In this document: positions 1-8,082 of the stretch, one piece after another | Layout of the letters: each line of letters opens with the position of its first letter | Numbering within the stretch: the stretch's first letter is position 1 | Made by a program: the position numbers and the translations under genes | The notes under the pieces: generated by a model | What the model was told of the DNA's origin: nothing | Databases searched by the model: none | What the model saw: the letters and a program-made list of their open reading frames with translations, nothing else | Source: an uncultured Ignavibacteriales bacterium | GTDB lineage: Bacteria > Zixibacteria > MSB-5A5 > GN15 > FEB-12 | Direction: 5' to 3' | Length of the DNA stretch: 64,000 nt | Assembly (NCBI GenBank): GCA_964464605.1 | Contig: CAYXJN010000006.1 | Span: forward strand, 211,981 to 275,980

Positions 1-42
1 GTTCAGTCAGTCGCCACCGTTCAGGATTCCACGCCGTACACA

Positions 43-351
43 ATGATGACCTACTACATGGCCTTCCTGCGCAAAGGGCCGAAATGGACCCCGGATCCGA
101 CGCCGGAAGTCATGAAAATCCATGAAGCCCACATGGCGCATATCAACAAAATGGCGGAAGAAGGCTCGATCATTGTAGCCGGGCCGTTTGTCGGGCAAAC
201 CGGGGACAGCGCGCTGGCCGGTATGTTTCTGTTTAAAGTCGATTCAGAAGAAAAAGCGCGCGAACTGGCTAATGCCGACCCGGCAGTACAAGCTGGCCGG
301 TTTTTTATTCAGATAGTTCCCTGGATGGGGCCGAGTACGTTACGATATTGA
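43..351 (+). CDS. YciI-like (DGPF-type) small protein
   Basis: 102-aa ORF. The length and the pattern HMAHINKMAEEGSIIVAGPF...DPAVQAG resemble the YciI family. It ends in TGA, with a second in-frame TGA shortly after. Confidence 0.7.
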   Translation: MMTYYMAFLRKGPKWTPDPTPEVMKIHEAHMAHINKMAEEGSIIVAGPFVGQTGDSALAGMFLFKVDSEEKARELANADPAVQAGRFFIQIVPWMGPSTLRY

Positions 352-461
352 AAGTGATATGAAAAAATCTTGCGGCGAAACAAACAGCCGTGTAGATTTT
401 CGTCCGACATACCCGGAGTAATCCGGCAAGGCAATGAAGCGACAGAAACAGTGAGGAAGAC

Positions 462-524
462 ATGGGAAAGTCGAAAGACAAAGGTTCTCGCGAAAAGAAG
501 AAACCGAAAAAAGAGAAAAAGTAG
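462..524 (+). CDS. tiny Lys-rich ORF (MGKSKDKGSREKKKPKKEKK), hypothetical
   Basis: ATG at 462 is preceded by the GAGGAA-type SD in gtgaggaagac. It has 20 codons and a TAG stop, followed by the terminator at 544-577. It falls below the ORF-track size cutoff. Confidence 0.3.
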   Translation: MGKSKDKGSREKKKPKKEKK

Positions 525-543
525 TTGGGTTAATCCCAAAGCG

Positions 544-577
544 AAAACGCTCTGATCAAACGGAGCGTTTTTTTTTT
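544..577. terminator. bidirectional rho-independent terminator between the YciI-like unit and yhhQ
   Basis: aaaacgctc / gagcgtttt forms a 9-bp stem (544-552 with 563-571). A T-run follows on the + strand, and ttttcgcttt follows on the - strand. It overlaps the yhhQ stop codon. Confidence 0.7.
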
Positions 578-1284
578 ATGGCGTTCCCTTTTGCGTCAGG
601 GGTTTTCAGCGAGAACGGCGTAAAGTTCGTTTTCCAATCGTAGTAGTCTTCGTTTTCAATTCGTTTCAAAAATCCGACAATTTTATACGTAAACGGCGTC
701 GCGATTACCTCCCACAATACTTTCAGTACGTAGTTGCCAAGCATCACGGAAATCACCTGTTCATTTGTCCAGATTCCCCAGAAAGCGACCGGATAAAAAA
801 TCGCGGAATCAACACCGGCGCCGACGATCGTTGAGCCGATCGTTCGCACAAACAGGAATCGTCCTTTGGTCAGCAGTTTCATCTTGGCCATCGCGTATGA
901 ATTCGCAAACTCTCCCACCCAATAGGCGAGCATTGAGGCCAATACGATTCGCGGCGTTGTTCCGAAAACAGATTGCAGCGCTTCCTGACCGGTCCACCCT
1001 TCTGCAGGCGGTAACGTGAGCACCACCCATGACATCAATGAAGCAAATCCCAGTGCGCCGAATCCTGCCCAGACAACTTTTCGCGCACGGGCATAGCCGT
1101 AGACTTCAGTGAGAATATCCCCAAACAGATAGCTGATTGGGAAAAACAGAATTCCCGCACCAAAACTGTGGCCGCCCCATGTCCATATTTTTGCGGGGCC
1201 GATTAAGTTCGAGCATAACAGCACCGTGCAAAACAGCGCCATGATCAGATCGTAGTACTTAAAGCCGTGTTTTCCGGTAGTCAT
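556..1284 (-). CDS. yhhQ: queuosine-precursor transporter, YhhQ/VUT (DUF165) family
   Basis: 242-aa polytopic membrane ORF. The N-terminal pattern FFPISYLFGDILTEVYGYARARKVVW and the overall length are typical of the YhhQ family. Confidence 0.85.
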   Translation of the reverse strand: MTTGKHGFKYYDLIMALFCTVLLCSNLIGPAKIWTWGGHSFGAGILFFPISYLFGDILTEVYGYARARKVVWAGFGALGFASLMSWVVLTLPPAEGWTGQEALQSVFGTTPRIVLASMLAYWVGEFANSYAMAKMKLLTKGRFLFVRTIGSTIVGAGVDSAIFYPVAFWGIWTNEQVISVMLGNYVLKVLWEVIATPFTYKIVGFLKRIENEDYYDWKTNFTPFSLKTPDAKGNAIKKKRSV

Positions 1285-1309
1285 GCGATATGCAACAGCT
1301 CAATTTTTC

Positions 1310-1420
1310 GGTGGTCTGGGTGGTGTAGGCGGAGGTGGCGGCGGATCCGGAGGAAATGGTGGTGCGGGTGGACGACCGGGTGGATCGGGCGGCTTCGGCG
1401 GCGATGGGGGATCACCCGGA
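1310..1420. repeat. triplet-periodic (GGN)n / (CCN)n low-complexity tract
   Basis: About 110 nt is almost entirely GGN on the + strand (ggtggtctgggtggtgtaggcggaggtggcggcgga...). It is open on both strands: poly-Gly on + and poly-Pro on -. Confidence 0.85.
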
Positions 1421-1513
1421 ATTTTCAATGCTAACCCAACTCTTTCTGGCGTTTGCATATATACAGAATGCGGTGCCGGGTAATTGATGTCAATACATAA
1501 AAGCGTATCGCAT

Positions 1514-2248
1514 TCAACGTAACAAGGCGAGCATGGCCGACTTTGTTTCACCGACGGCAAAGTCCGCGGCAATTCTGCCATCATCTGCCTTTGTTGTTTT
1601 ATCTGCATCATGATTGAGCAGTAACTGCACCATGTCGAGATCACCGTTTTGCACAGCGGAATGAAGTGGGGTGAAACCGCCCTGCTGCTGAACGTTTACA
1701 TCGGCTTTTGCATTCACCAGTGCCTGCGCGATTTCATACTGTTTCCCCGCAACCGCGCTGTGAATCGGTCTGAGTTTTGTGCCGTTGGACGCAATGATGT
1801 TCACATCCGCGTTTTGACCTATCAAATAGATCGCAATTGTTTCCTGTCCAAAAAATGACGCTAAGTGCAACGCCGTAAACCCATCAGTTGAATAACTGGA
1901 AATGACTGTCGGGTTCTCACTTACTATCTTTCTCACTGTTTCGAAGTCGCCGAGGGCTGATGCCTCATGGAGTGAAAGGGGGGAGGAAGCCCCGACGAGC
2001 ACTTGCACCATCTCCGGGCGGCGAAAATACAATGCGAACATGACCGGTCGGACGCCCATTTCATTCGTGTGCTGCATTTCTTCCGGAAATGCCGCAATGT
2101 GATCCCGCATGTCGGCGATATTCCCCGTTCGAATCAGTTCGAAAATTTTGCTTTCGGCCATGTTTATTGTTGACAGTTTTTGTGCCGTTTTTCTAACATA
2201 GGCCAGGCAGCCGTGATTTAGCAACAGGGAAGTGCAATCGAGTGACAC
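1514..2248 (-). CDS. ankyrin-repeat protein
   Basis: ANK repeats such as GFTALHLASFFGQETIAIYLIGQNADVN and GFTPLHSAVQNGDLDMVQLLLNHDADK. The more likely start is the ATG at 2161 (MAESKIFEL...). Confidence 0.85.
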   Translation of the reverse strand: MSLDCTSLLLNHGCLAYVRKTAQKLSTINMAESKIFELIRTGNIADMRDHIAAFPEEMQHTNEMGVRPVMFALYFRRPEMVQVLVGASSPLSLHEASALGDFETVRKIVSENPTVISSYSTDGFTALHLASFFGQETIAIYLIGQNADVNIIASNGTKLRPIHSAVAGKQYEIAQALVNAKADVNVQQQGGFTPLHSAVQNGDLDMVQLLLNHDADKTTKADDGRIAADFAVGETKSAMLALLR

Positions 2249-2355
2249 GAAGAGTAGTGCCTCGGAAAAGGATATGGCGGCAGAAACTCGGCTTTACCGA
2301 AAGGTAAAGTCGTTATTGGTGTGTTCTATTATGTGATTGTCGGCGGGTAGGCTGT

Positions 2356-3012
2356 TTGACTATGTTTGGTCTGCTGAAAGAGGGACCAGCAGCCAAACCG
2401 AATATGCATACCCGCCTGACCAAAGAAACGCTTCCTGCGGCAATCCGGCATCTCAAGGCCGTTGATCCGGTGCTTGGCTCTATTATTGACCGGGTCGGCA
2501 AAATTGAAATCCATACAAAACCAAATACCGTCGACTCACTGGTCGGCATTATCGCCAATCAACAGTTATCCGGTACTGCCGCCGCTACTATTTTCAAACG
2601 GGTGCAGGCACTGAATAAGGGGAAAGCACTTACCGTCGCCGCATTACAGCGATTAACCGATGAACAGATTCGCGGGGCAGGGATGTCTTACGGCAAAATC
2701 CGTACTATCCGCGCGGTCTGTGATTCGATCACATGCCGAAAACTCAATCTGAAAAAGTTAGAGCTGCTTCCTGATGAAGAGGTCTTCGCCGCGATTACGA
2801 GCGTAAAGGGGAAAGGTCCCTGGAGCGCGCAGATGTATTTGATGTTCGTCCTGAACCGTCCGGATATTTTCTCTCCCGGCGACGGCGGTATTCAAAAAGC
2901 GCTTCGTGTCTTTTACAAAGCTAAAACCGAACGAAAGATTGCCACTATCACCGCCAAATGGCAACCATATCGCACAGTTGCGTGTTTGTATTTGTGGAGA
3001 GGGTTGGAGTAA
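2356..3012 (+). CDS. HhH-GPD superfamily DNA glycosylase (3-methyladenine glycosylase II-like)
   Basis: 218 aa. It contains IANQQLSGTAAATIF and a helix-hairpin-helix region (VKGKGPWSAQMYLMF) followed by PGDGGIQKAL, as in AlkA-type enzymes. Confidence 0.75.
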   Translation: MTMFGLLKEGPAAKPNMHTRLTKETLPAAIRHLKAVDPVLGSIIDRVGKIEIHTKPNTVDSLVGIIANQQLSGTAAATIFKRVQALNKGKALTVAALQRLTDEQIRGAGMSYGKIRTIRAVCDSITCRKLNLKKLELLPDEEVFAAITSVKGKGPWSAQMYLMFVLNRPDIFSPGDGGIQKALRVFYKAKTERKIATITAKWQPYRTVACLYLWRGLE

Positions 3013-3101
3013 TCAGAGCGCTTATTTAGAACTTGACACTCATTCTATAGAATTTATATGTTTTAACTGCTATAACGCAGAAATTATCAAAGGGTGTTTT
3101 A

Positions 3102-3722
3102 ATGAAGAAAAGTTGGCTTATCAATATAGTTGCTGTCTTTCTCCTGCTTTTAGTTATGGTAGTCATAGCTTGGGGATTAATTAAAATATTTGGGTGGCTA
3201 GATAAACTAGAAGCAAATATTCTTGGGCCTACTTTGGTTGGTTTTGTTACTGTAATCGGCTCCGTAATAACTGTAGTATGGGCAAAGCGATCAGAAAAGA
3301 AAAAAGATATTGAAATGCAACTTCGAATAAAACGGGCGGAGCTCTATGAAAGTTTTGTTCGTGATTGGTTTAGGTACCTTTCGCTCACCAATACGGGAAA
3401 TGAAGAAGAGGCTAATGAAGTCTTAGCCAATGCAATTGGGAAATTTCCTTGGCAATTATTAACATGGGGTTCTGACGAAGTTTTGCAAAAGTTTGTTGCT
3501 TTCAGGGTTAACACTGCAAAGAAATTAGAGGAGAATCCTCAAGAAATGAGGCCTGTTCTTTTTCAGTTCGAAGAAATGCTGTTAGCGATGAGAATTGATT
3601 TGGGTTATAAGAAAACTAATCTTCCTCAAGGAATGCTGTTAGCACTTTTTATCAATGATATCGATCGAATAGTTGATGTTAATGTACTTCTCGGGAAACA
3701 AAGCAAAGCATCACATAATTAA
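3102..3722 (+). CDS. hypothetical membrane protein (two N-terminal TM helices)
   Basis: 206-aa ORF in a visibly AT-rich segment, with hydrophobic stretches IVAVFLLLLVMVVIAW and LVGFVTVIGSVITVVW. I recognise no family. Confidence 0.6.
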   Translation: MKKSWLINIVAVFLLLLVMVVIAWGLIKIFGWLDKLEANILGPTLVGFVTVIGSVITVVWAKRSEKKKDIEMQLRIKRAELYESFVRDWFRYLSLTNTGNEEEANEVLANAIGKFPWQLLTWGSDEVLQKFVAFRVNTAKKLEENPQEMRPVLFQFEEMLLAMRIDLGYKKTNLPQGMLLALFINDIDRIVDVNVLLGKQSKASHN

Positions 3723-3738
3723 GCAAAGAGGGGAAACT

Positions 3739-3948
3739 ATGGAAAAGAAAATCTGTCAATTTAAGAATGTTGTGGTTTCTTTTGAATGGGAAAGAAAATT
3801 CGTCAGAGAGTTGGGTGGTCACGGCCAAATAGTTCAAAAAAATTTAAAAAAGGGTAGCTGTTCGCACTTTAATCAAGATTGCCTACAATATAATTGCTTG
3901 CTTGATCCTAACTCGGACATTGGAGCAGAGTATCCCTTTGAAAATTAA
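3739..3948 (+). CDS. small hypothetical protein (69 aa, Cys-containing)
   Basis: ATG at 3739 is preceded by agagggga (SD). It lies in the same AT-rich islet, 17 nt after the previous stop. I recognise no family. Confidence 0.45.
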   Translation: MEKKICQFKNVVVSFEWERKFVRELGGHGQIVQKNLKKGSCSHFNQDCLQYNCLLDPNSDIGAEYPFEN

Positions 3949-4146
3949 TAGAACTATCTTATGTGTTTTAGCTAGGGTGTGGAATACACAGTATATTCAA
4001 TCGAGACATATACTTTTTTCTTATGTAACTACATCTAAAGATTGATATAGTCTAACTATTTGTGCCCTCGGAACCTTTCTATTCGCTCTTAAGTACAATC
4101 AATAACAGGCGGTAAAAATCCTTAACACGGGAAGGACAGGTTCCGT

Positions 4147-4542
4147 ATGTCTACTTTCTTGGAAATCTCGCTTATCCTTGCCTCATTGGCAATCGTCGTA
4201 TTCGTCGGAATGTGTATCCCGTTCATATTGTTTGCAAAGAAGAAGATGGAACATTTCGCCGATGCTAACGACCAGTTGCAGACTAACATCAATCAATTAA
4301 TTGGTGAAAGTCGTGAGATGATACGCCAAATCAGCCAGTTTACCGAGCGCGCAGATACCGAACTGAAAGAAGTCAGTCAGGTCGTTCACACTGTTCAGGA
4401 ATGGGCGGATAAGGCAAACGGAGTTGTCGACGAGGTGAAGGGGTTTGTCGAACCGGTTGTTCAGAACTTTACCCGGTTTCGCGCAATACTGTCAGCGGTC
4501 AGTCAGATTTTTACCGCAAAGAAATTACCACAATCCTCTTAA
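4147..4542 (+). CDS. DUF948-like membrane-anchored coiled-coil protein
   Basis: It has an N-terminal TM helix followed by a helical region, and is paired with a downstream YtxH gene. That arrangement is common for DUF948/YtxH. Confidence 0.6.
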   Translation: MSTFLEISLILASLAIVVFVGMCIPFILFAKKKMEHFADANDQLQTNINQLIGESREMIRQISQFTERADTELKEVSQVVHTVQEWADKANGVVDEVKGFVEPVVQNFTRFRAILSAVSQIFTAKKLPQSS

Positions 4543-4554
4543 CAAGGAGACACT

Positions 4555-4848
4555 ATGTCAGAAAATAACAGCTCCTCTATCGGCAGCTACGTAGTAGTAG
4601 CGGCAATTTCAGCGGCAGTCGGTGCAGGGATAGCGCTTCTGTACGCTCCGCACACCGGAAAGGTGACGCGAAAAATGCTCATACGCAAAGGTCGTGCGTT
4701 CAAAGATGCGGCCGAGGATACGTATGAAGATGCGATGGACTTTATCGAAGAAAAGAAGGCCGAATTTCAGAAGGCGATCGAATCACGCATCGATGACCTC
4801 AAAGAAGGCATGGCTAACACAACTGCTAAAGCCAAAAAAAGTGCATAA
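4555..4848 (+). CDS. YtxH-domain protein
   Basis: The pattern AAVGAGIALLYAPHTGKVTRKML matches the YtxH signature (LLFAPKSGKETR-like). Confidence 0.75.
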   Translation: MSENNSSSIGSYVVVAAISAAVGAGIALLYAPHTGKVTRKMLIRKGRAFKDAAEDTYEDAMDFIEEKKAEFQKAIESRIDDLKEGMANTTAKAKKSA

Positions 4849-4885
4849 ATACCGGCCCTAGTACTTCACGGTGGTAGCGATAAGC

Positions 4886-4918
4886 AAAACCCTGCCCTTA
4901 TGCAGGGTTTTGTATTTT
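4886..4918 (+). terminator. rho-independent terminator after the YtxH gene
   Basis: aaaaccctgc / gcagggtttt forms a 10-bp stem with loop ccttat, followed by gtatttt. Confidence 0.75.
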
Positions 4919-4957
4919 GATTGTGAATCGATAAAAGAAGTTTCATACATTGTATCT

Positions 4958-6022
4958 ATGCGGTATTTCCACTCGACTATAGTGATCATGGTTATGGCCG
5001 GTTATCTATTGTCCGGCTGCGGCACCACGCATCACTACTTACCCTCTCGACCGTTAGCCAAAGATGAATGGATGCTTTCAATAAACTGGCATTACGATTT
5101 TAACGGCAGCACCGCCAGCCTCATCATGCCGGAGGCAACTACCTACGTCGGTGTGGGGAATGATATCAACCTCGGTTTCGGAGTGCAGGCCCCCTTTTTT
5201 GTATCCCATTTTTCTGCGGGGAAGTATCTGGAATCCGGCTCTAATGACTACTGGGTTCCGTACCTGCATTGCAATCAAGTTATGGGGATAAATGACAACC
5301 CGATGCTTGAGTTCGGGTATATGTATGCCGACAATCGCGGCGCGCTTTCGCAGAACACCAGCATCGGTTTCGCGTACGGGGACGGCAGATATTTGTTAAC
5401 GGGACAATTGCCGACTGAAAAACAAGCCGGCAAAAAATGGGGAAGCACGTTTCGGGTGATTCCCGTTTTGAAATATCATGTGGCAGGTAAAGATATCGGC
5501 CTTTCGTACACTCATTATCACGGGAAATCGAAAGCACTGGTAGAGTCGTTTCAGGATAGCTTTACAGAATACAATGACACCATTCTTGTGCTTACGAAAA
5601 ATGATATCAAGTCAGTGAGTTTTACAGAAGAACTGCATTATGAACGATACTTCAACCGTCTGTATGCAATTTACCTGCAAGACGGAAGAGTCTGTGAAAT
5701 CGGAGAGCCTGCTCACCCATGCGGCGGGGTAATGCTTTCAAATGTTCCACTCCTCAATCCGGAATCCCGCTTCTTCGAGCAGAAGGGATATACCGACCTG
5801 ACGATTCAAATTTTTCCTGATACTACGCTGAATGGCAGGGACAGCCAGTTTGTCGTGTATGGAGCGTGGATAGATACCGATGATCTTACTGCGCGACTAC
5901 TGTCCGGTGACACTATCATCATTGAGCGATATCCGGTTGCAGCATTTGCCGATGTTCGGCGTTCTCCATTCACGGTCGATCACAGCGTTTCAGTGAGTTG
6001 GTTTCCTAAAGTCGAAAAATAG
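4958..6022 (+). CDS. hypothetical lipoprotein
   Basis: The start was moved to ATG 4958, downstream of the terminator. It has a signal peptide with lipobox LLSGC (MRYFHSTIVIMVMAGYLLSGC). I recognise no family. Confidence 0.65.
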   Translation: MRYFHSTIVIMVMAGYLLSGCGTTHHYLPSRPLAKDEWMLSINWHYDFNGSTASLIMPEATTYVGVGNDINLGFGVQAPFFVSHFSAGKYLESGSNDYWVPYLHCNQVMGINDNPMLEFGYMYADNRGALSQNTSIGFAYGDGRYLLTGQLPTEKQAGKKWGSTFRVIPVLKYHVAGKDIGLSYTHYHGKSKALVESFQDSFTEYNDTILVLTKNDIKSVSFTEELHYERYFNRLYAIYLQDGRVCEIGEPAHPCGGVMLSNVPLLNPESRFFEQKGYTDLTIQIFPDTTLNGRDSQFVVYGAWIDTDDLTARLLSGDTIIIERYPVAAFADVRRSPFTVDHSVSVSWFPKVEK

Positions 6023-6077
6023 CAAAGGACTATCTACACACGACGTATTTGTTAGCTGCACTTCAATAATCTGCTTA

Positions 6078-7301
6078 CTACTGTCTTCCCATTACCTGAC
6101 CGAGGTTTTCGAGGTCCTTACGAGCACCCGGTTGTCCGAGATATCCATAGACCAGAACTAGTGAAAGGGTGTTGCCGGACAGGTCAGAACCGCCACCGGT
6201 ACGGTATGAGACCATATTGTACCGTAATTGTATCCCCCAATAGACGCGGTCCCTTGAGGTAAAAATACGCTGCGTGAGACCGAAGTTTTTACTGAATGCG
6301 TTAACGCCATGCGGAGTTTCTGCGTCATCATCAGATCTGGGATCGTCGAATCCGTCATACCCAATCCCGAAAAATAATTCAGCGTCATACCTGCCATGTC
6401 GAATGATATTGTAAGTCATATTGCCGCCGACATACCCGCCTCCAAAACGTTTTGTTGTCCCGATGTTATCTCCATCTACAATAGTATACGGTTCTTTCGC
6501 GCTGCCGAATCTTCCGATAAAATTGATATCAAAGCCGAGGTGGTTTGTTTTTCCACCCACTTGAAAGCCGAACTCTATTTTGTTCCCCAGCGATTTGTTT
6601 GCCCCAAGCGGTGACCAAGCCCCACCTAACAATGAAAGATGGGGGCGCATGTTGTTCAACTTAGGTCGTAATTCAGCAACCTGTCTATTGTATTCCGCCT
6701 GGAGGCATGTACCAGGGAAATCTCCACGTGCAAGCCGTTTGTAAATATAATCGATATCGTCCAGATAGTAGCGACAGACTAAGTACCCAACAGTATTGCT
6801 GTCGGTTTTTGCCATTATAGATTCAGTCATATTGCGCATGAACGCGTTGTAGGTGGAATCGCTTACATACTCGGGGAAGCCATATCGTCCTGACCGGCGG
6901 GCGGGCGCGTACTCAGGAGTGACGAGAAAGAAAGGACGATACACCGGCTGTCTGGGAAGTATCTGGGCAAGAAACAATGAATCGCACCAGTCTTGCGTTA
7001 TTTTGCCCTCTTCTACTTCCATGAGCAGTTTTATCTGTCTGAATGGGTACGCAACACAATTCTGTCTGATGTATTCGATGATCAGTAAAGCTGAGTCCCG
7101 TTTATTCTCGCTGTATAGTCGTGGAAGGATTACTTTCGCGTTCTTTTCAAAATCATAACAGTCGTTCATTCGTAGGGTTGTCAACAATTTGTATAACGAG
7201 TCATTCTTTTCATCCTGTCCCTGGGCAGAAACAGTGACTGATAAAAGAAGGCTGAGCATGATAGCTGTGACTTTTGATCTTGCGTTCATAATTCTCATCA
7301 T
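6078..7301 (-). CDS. hypothetical secreted protein, C-terminal half beta-barrel-like
   Basis: Signal peptide ...LLLSVTVSAQG. The C-terminal region has alternating, aromatic-rich segments (GFDINFIGRF, YVGGNMTYNI, WGIQLRYNMVSY, LSLVLVYGY) that suggest an outer-membrane barrel. Confidence 0.6.
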   Translation of the reverse strand: MMRIMNARSKVTAIMLSLLLSVTVSAQGQDEKNDSLYKLLTTLRMNDCYDFEKNAKVILPRLYSENKRDSALLIIEYIRQNCVAYPFRQIKLLMEVEEGKITQDWCDSLFLAQILPRQPVYRPFFLVTPEYAPARRSGRYGFPEYVSDSTYNAFMRNMTESIMAKTDSNTVGYLVCRYYLDDIDYIYKRLARGDFPGTCLQAEYNRQVAELRPKLNNMRPHLSLLGGAWSPLGANKSLGNKIEFGFQVGGKTNHLGFDINFIGRFGSAKEPYTIVDGDNIGTTKRFGGGYVGGNMTYNIIRHGRYDAELFFGIGYDGFDDPRSDDDAETPHGVNAFSKNFGLTQRIFTSRDRVYWGIQLRYNMVSYRTGGGSDLSGNTLSLVLVYGYLGQPGARKDLENLGQVMGRQ

Positions 7302-7308
7302 TACTCTA

Positions 7309-7956
7309 TCAATGTGCCTGTTGTTTATTCAATTCTTCCATCGTCAAATTCGGGGCGGTGTACATGTCCGGCATCATGTCGAACATCTGTTTTGATGAGT
7401 CAGTCCAGAAATAATACCGTCTGCCATTGTAATCGCTCACCGGAGAGTCGACACCGGGATAAAACCGCTGACGGGTGACCGGATCAGTCAAAGCGCCGCA
7501 GTACTTGATCGGATTTTCATCAAAGCCCCGCAACGCCTCCTCATCGCTAAGATAGTACGTCTCCCAGTTAATTTTTCGTTGATGCGCAGAATCCAGAACA
7601 GCCATTTGTCCCTGGTTAACCGGACACATGAAACTCAGGTTATGGTTCGTAATGTGGGGAAGAGGGTCTTGCACGAAGACCTTCAGGCATGGCGTTCAAC
7701 AGAAACCAACCGGCCGCCCGTTCACATATATAGGGGGCATTTTCCGGTTCAGTTTTGCCATACGGACCATACAACGGTCGTTCATCGAGGTCTGCCCATC
7801 GGCAAATATCAGCCGGGGGAACTCGGAAGAATCGGCGTATGCGACCGTGCCGGTATCTTTGACTAAGGCCGCCTTTTGCTCGGAGCAGTTGATAGATAAA
7901 ACGGCCAATGCGATAACGCCTGCTGTGCCCAGAAACCGAACCACGACCCTTTTCAT
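7309..7956 (-). CDS. candidate selenoprotein: exported tandem YHS/TRASH-like domain protein with in-frame TGA (7696-7698)
   Basis: ORFs 7696..7980 and 7309..7674 share one frame and are separated by a single TGA. The junction reads GFC-[TGA]-TPCLKVF inside a conserved domain. The likely start is ATG 7956 (MKRVVVRFLG..., a signal or lipoprotein-like leader). The alternative is a pseudogene. Confidence 0.5.
7659..7684 (-). promoter_or_regulatory. SECIS-like hairpin downstream of the in-frame UGA
   Basis: In the mRNA, UGA is followed by 11 nt and then GAAGGUCUU-CGUGC-AAGACC(CUC)UUC. This gives a 6-bp upper stem, a 3-bp lower stem with a 3-nt bulge, and GU in the apical loop. Confidence 0.45.
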
Positions 7957-8048
7957 TTTGCTTCTTTCTCTCAGAGTCAATTTCTGACTTTTACCCCAGA
8001 TATAAGGAAGAGTTTCAAGGATTTACCGGAAAGTTTCAAAAAAGCCGG

Positions 8049-8076
8049 TTGACACCCGTTTTTCGCATACTATGTT
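8049..8076 (+). promoter_or_regulatory. sigma70-like promoter (TTGACA-N16-TATGTT)
   Basis: ttgaca at 8049-8054 and tatgtt at 8071-8076. It sits in the divergent intergenic region, immediately upstream of the structured element. Confidence 0.4.
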
Positions 8077-8082
8077 TTCCCT

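Noticed and set aside
1282-1302. A second selenocysteine or read-through site: the TGA at 1300-1302 separates the Pro-rich ORF from yhhQ in the same frame.
   Set aside because: There is no Cys or redox context and no hairpin downstream. The mRNA there is AU/C-rich and runs directly into the ATG. A shared frame has a 1-in-3 chance expectation.
1285-1513. A preQ1 riboswitch upstream of yhhQ, since YhhQ-family transporters are often preQ1-regulated.
   Set aside because: The minus-strand leader is almost G-free (a CCN repeat), so it cannot form the P1/P2 pseudoknot. Only a superficial CUACACC similarity to the Bacillus aptamer is present.
7696-7698. An alternative genetic code (TGA as Trp or Gly) as the explanation for the in-frame TGA.
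   Set aside because: TGA terminates well-defined genes here (cheY at 20706; the YciI-like gene at 351, with another TGA just after). No other conserved gene in 64 kb needs TGA read-through.
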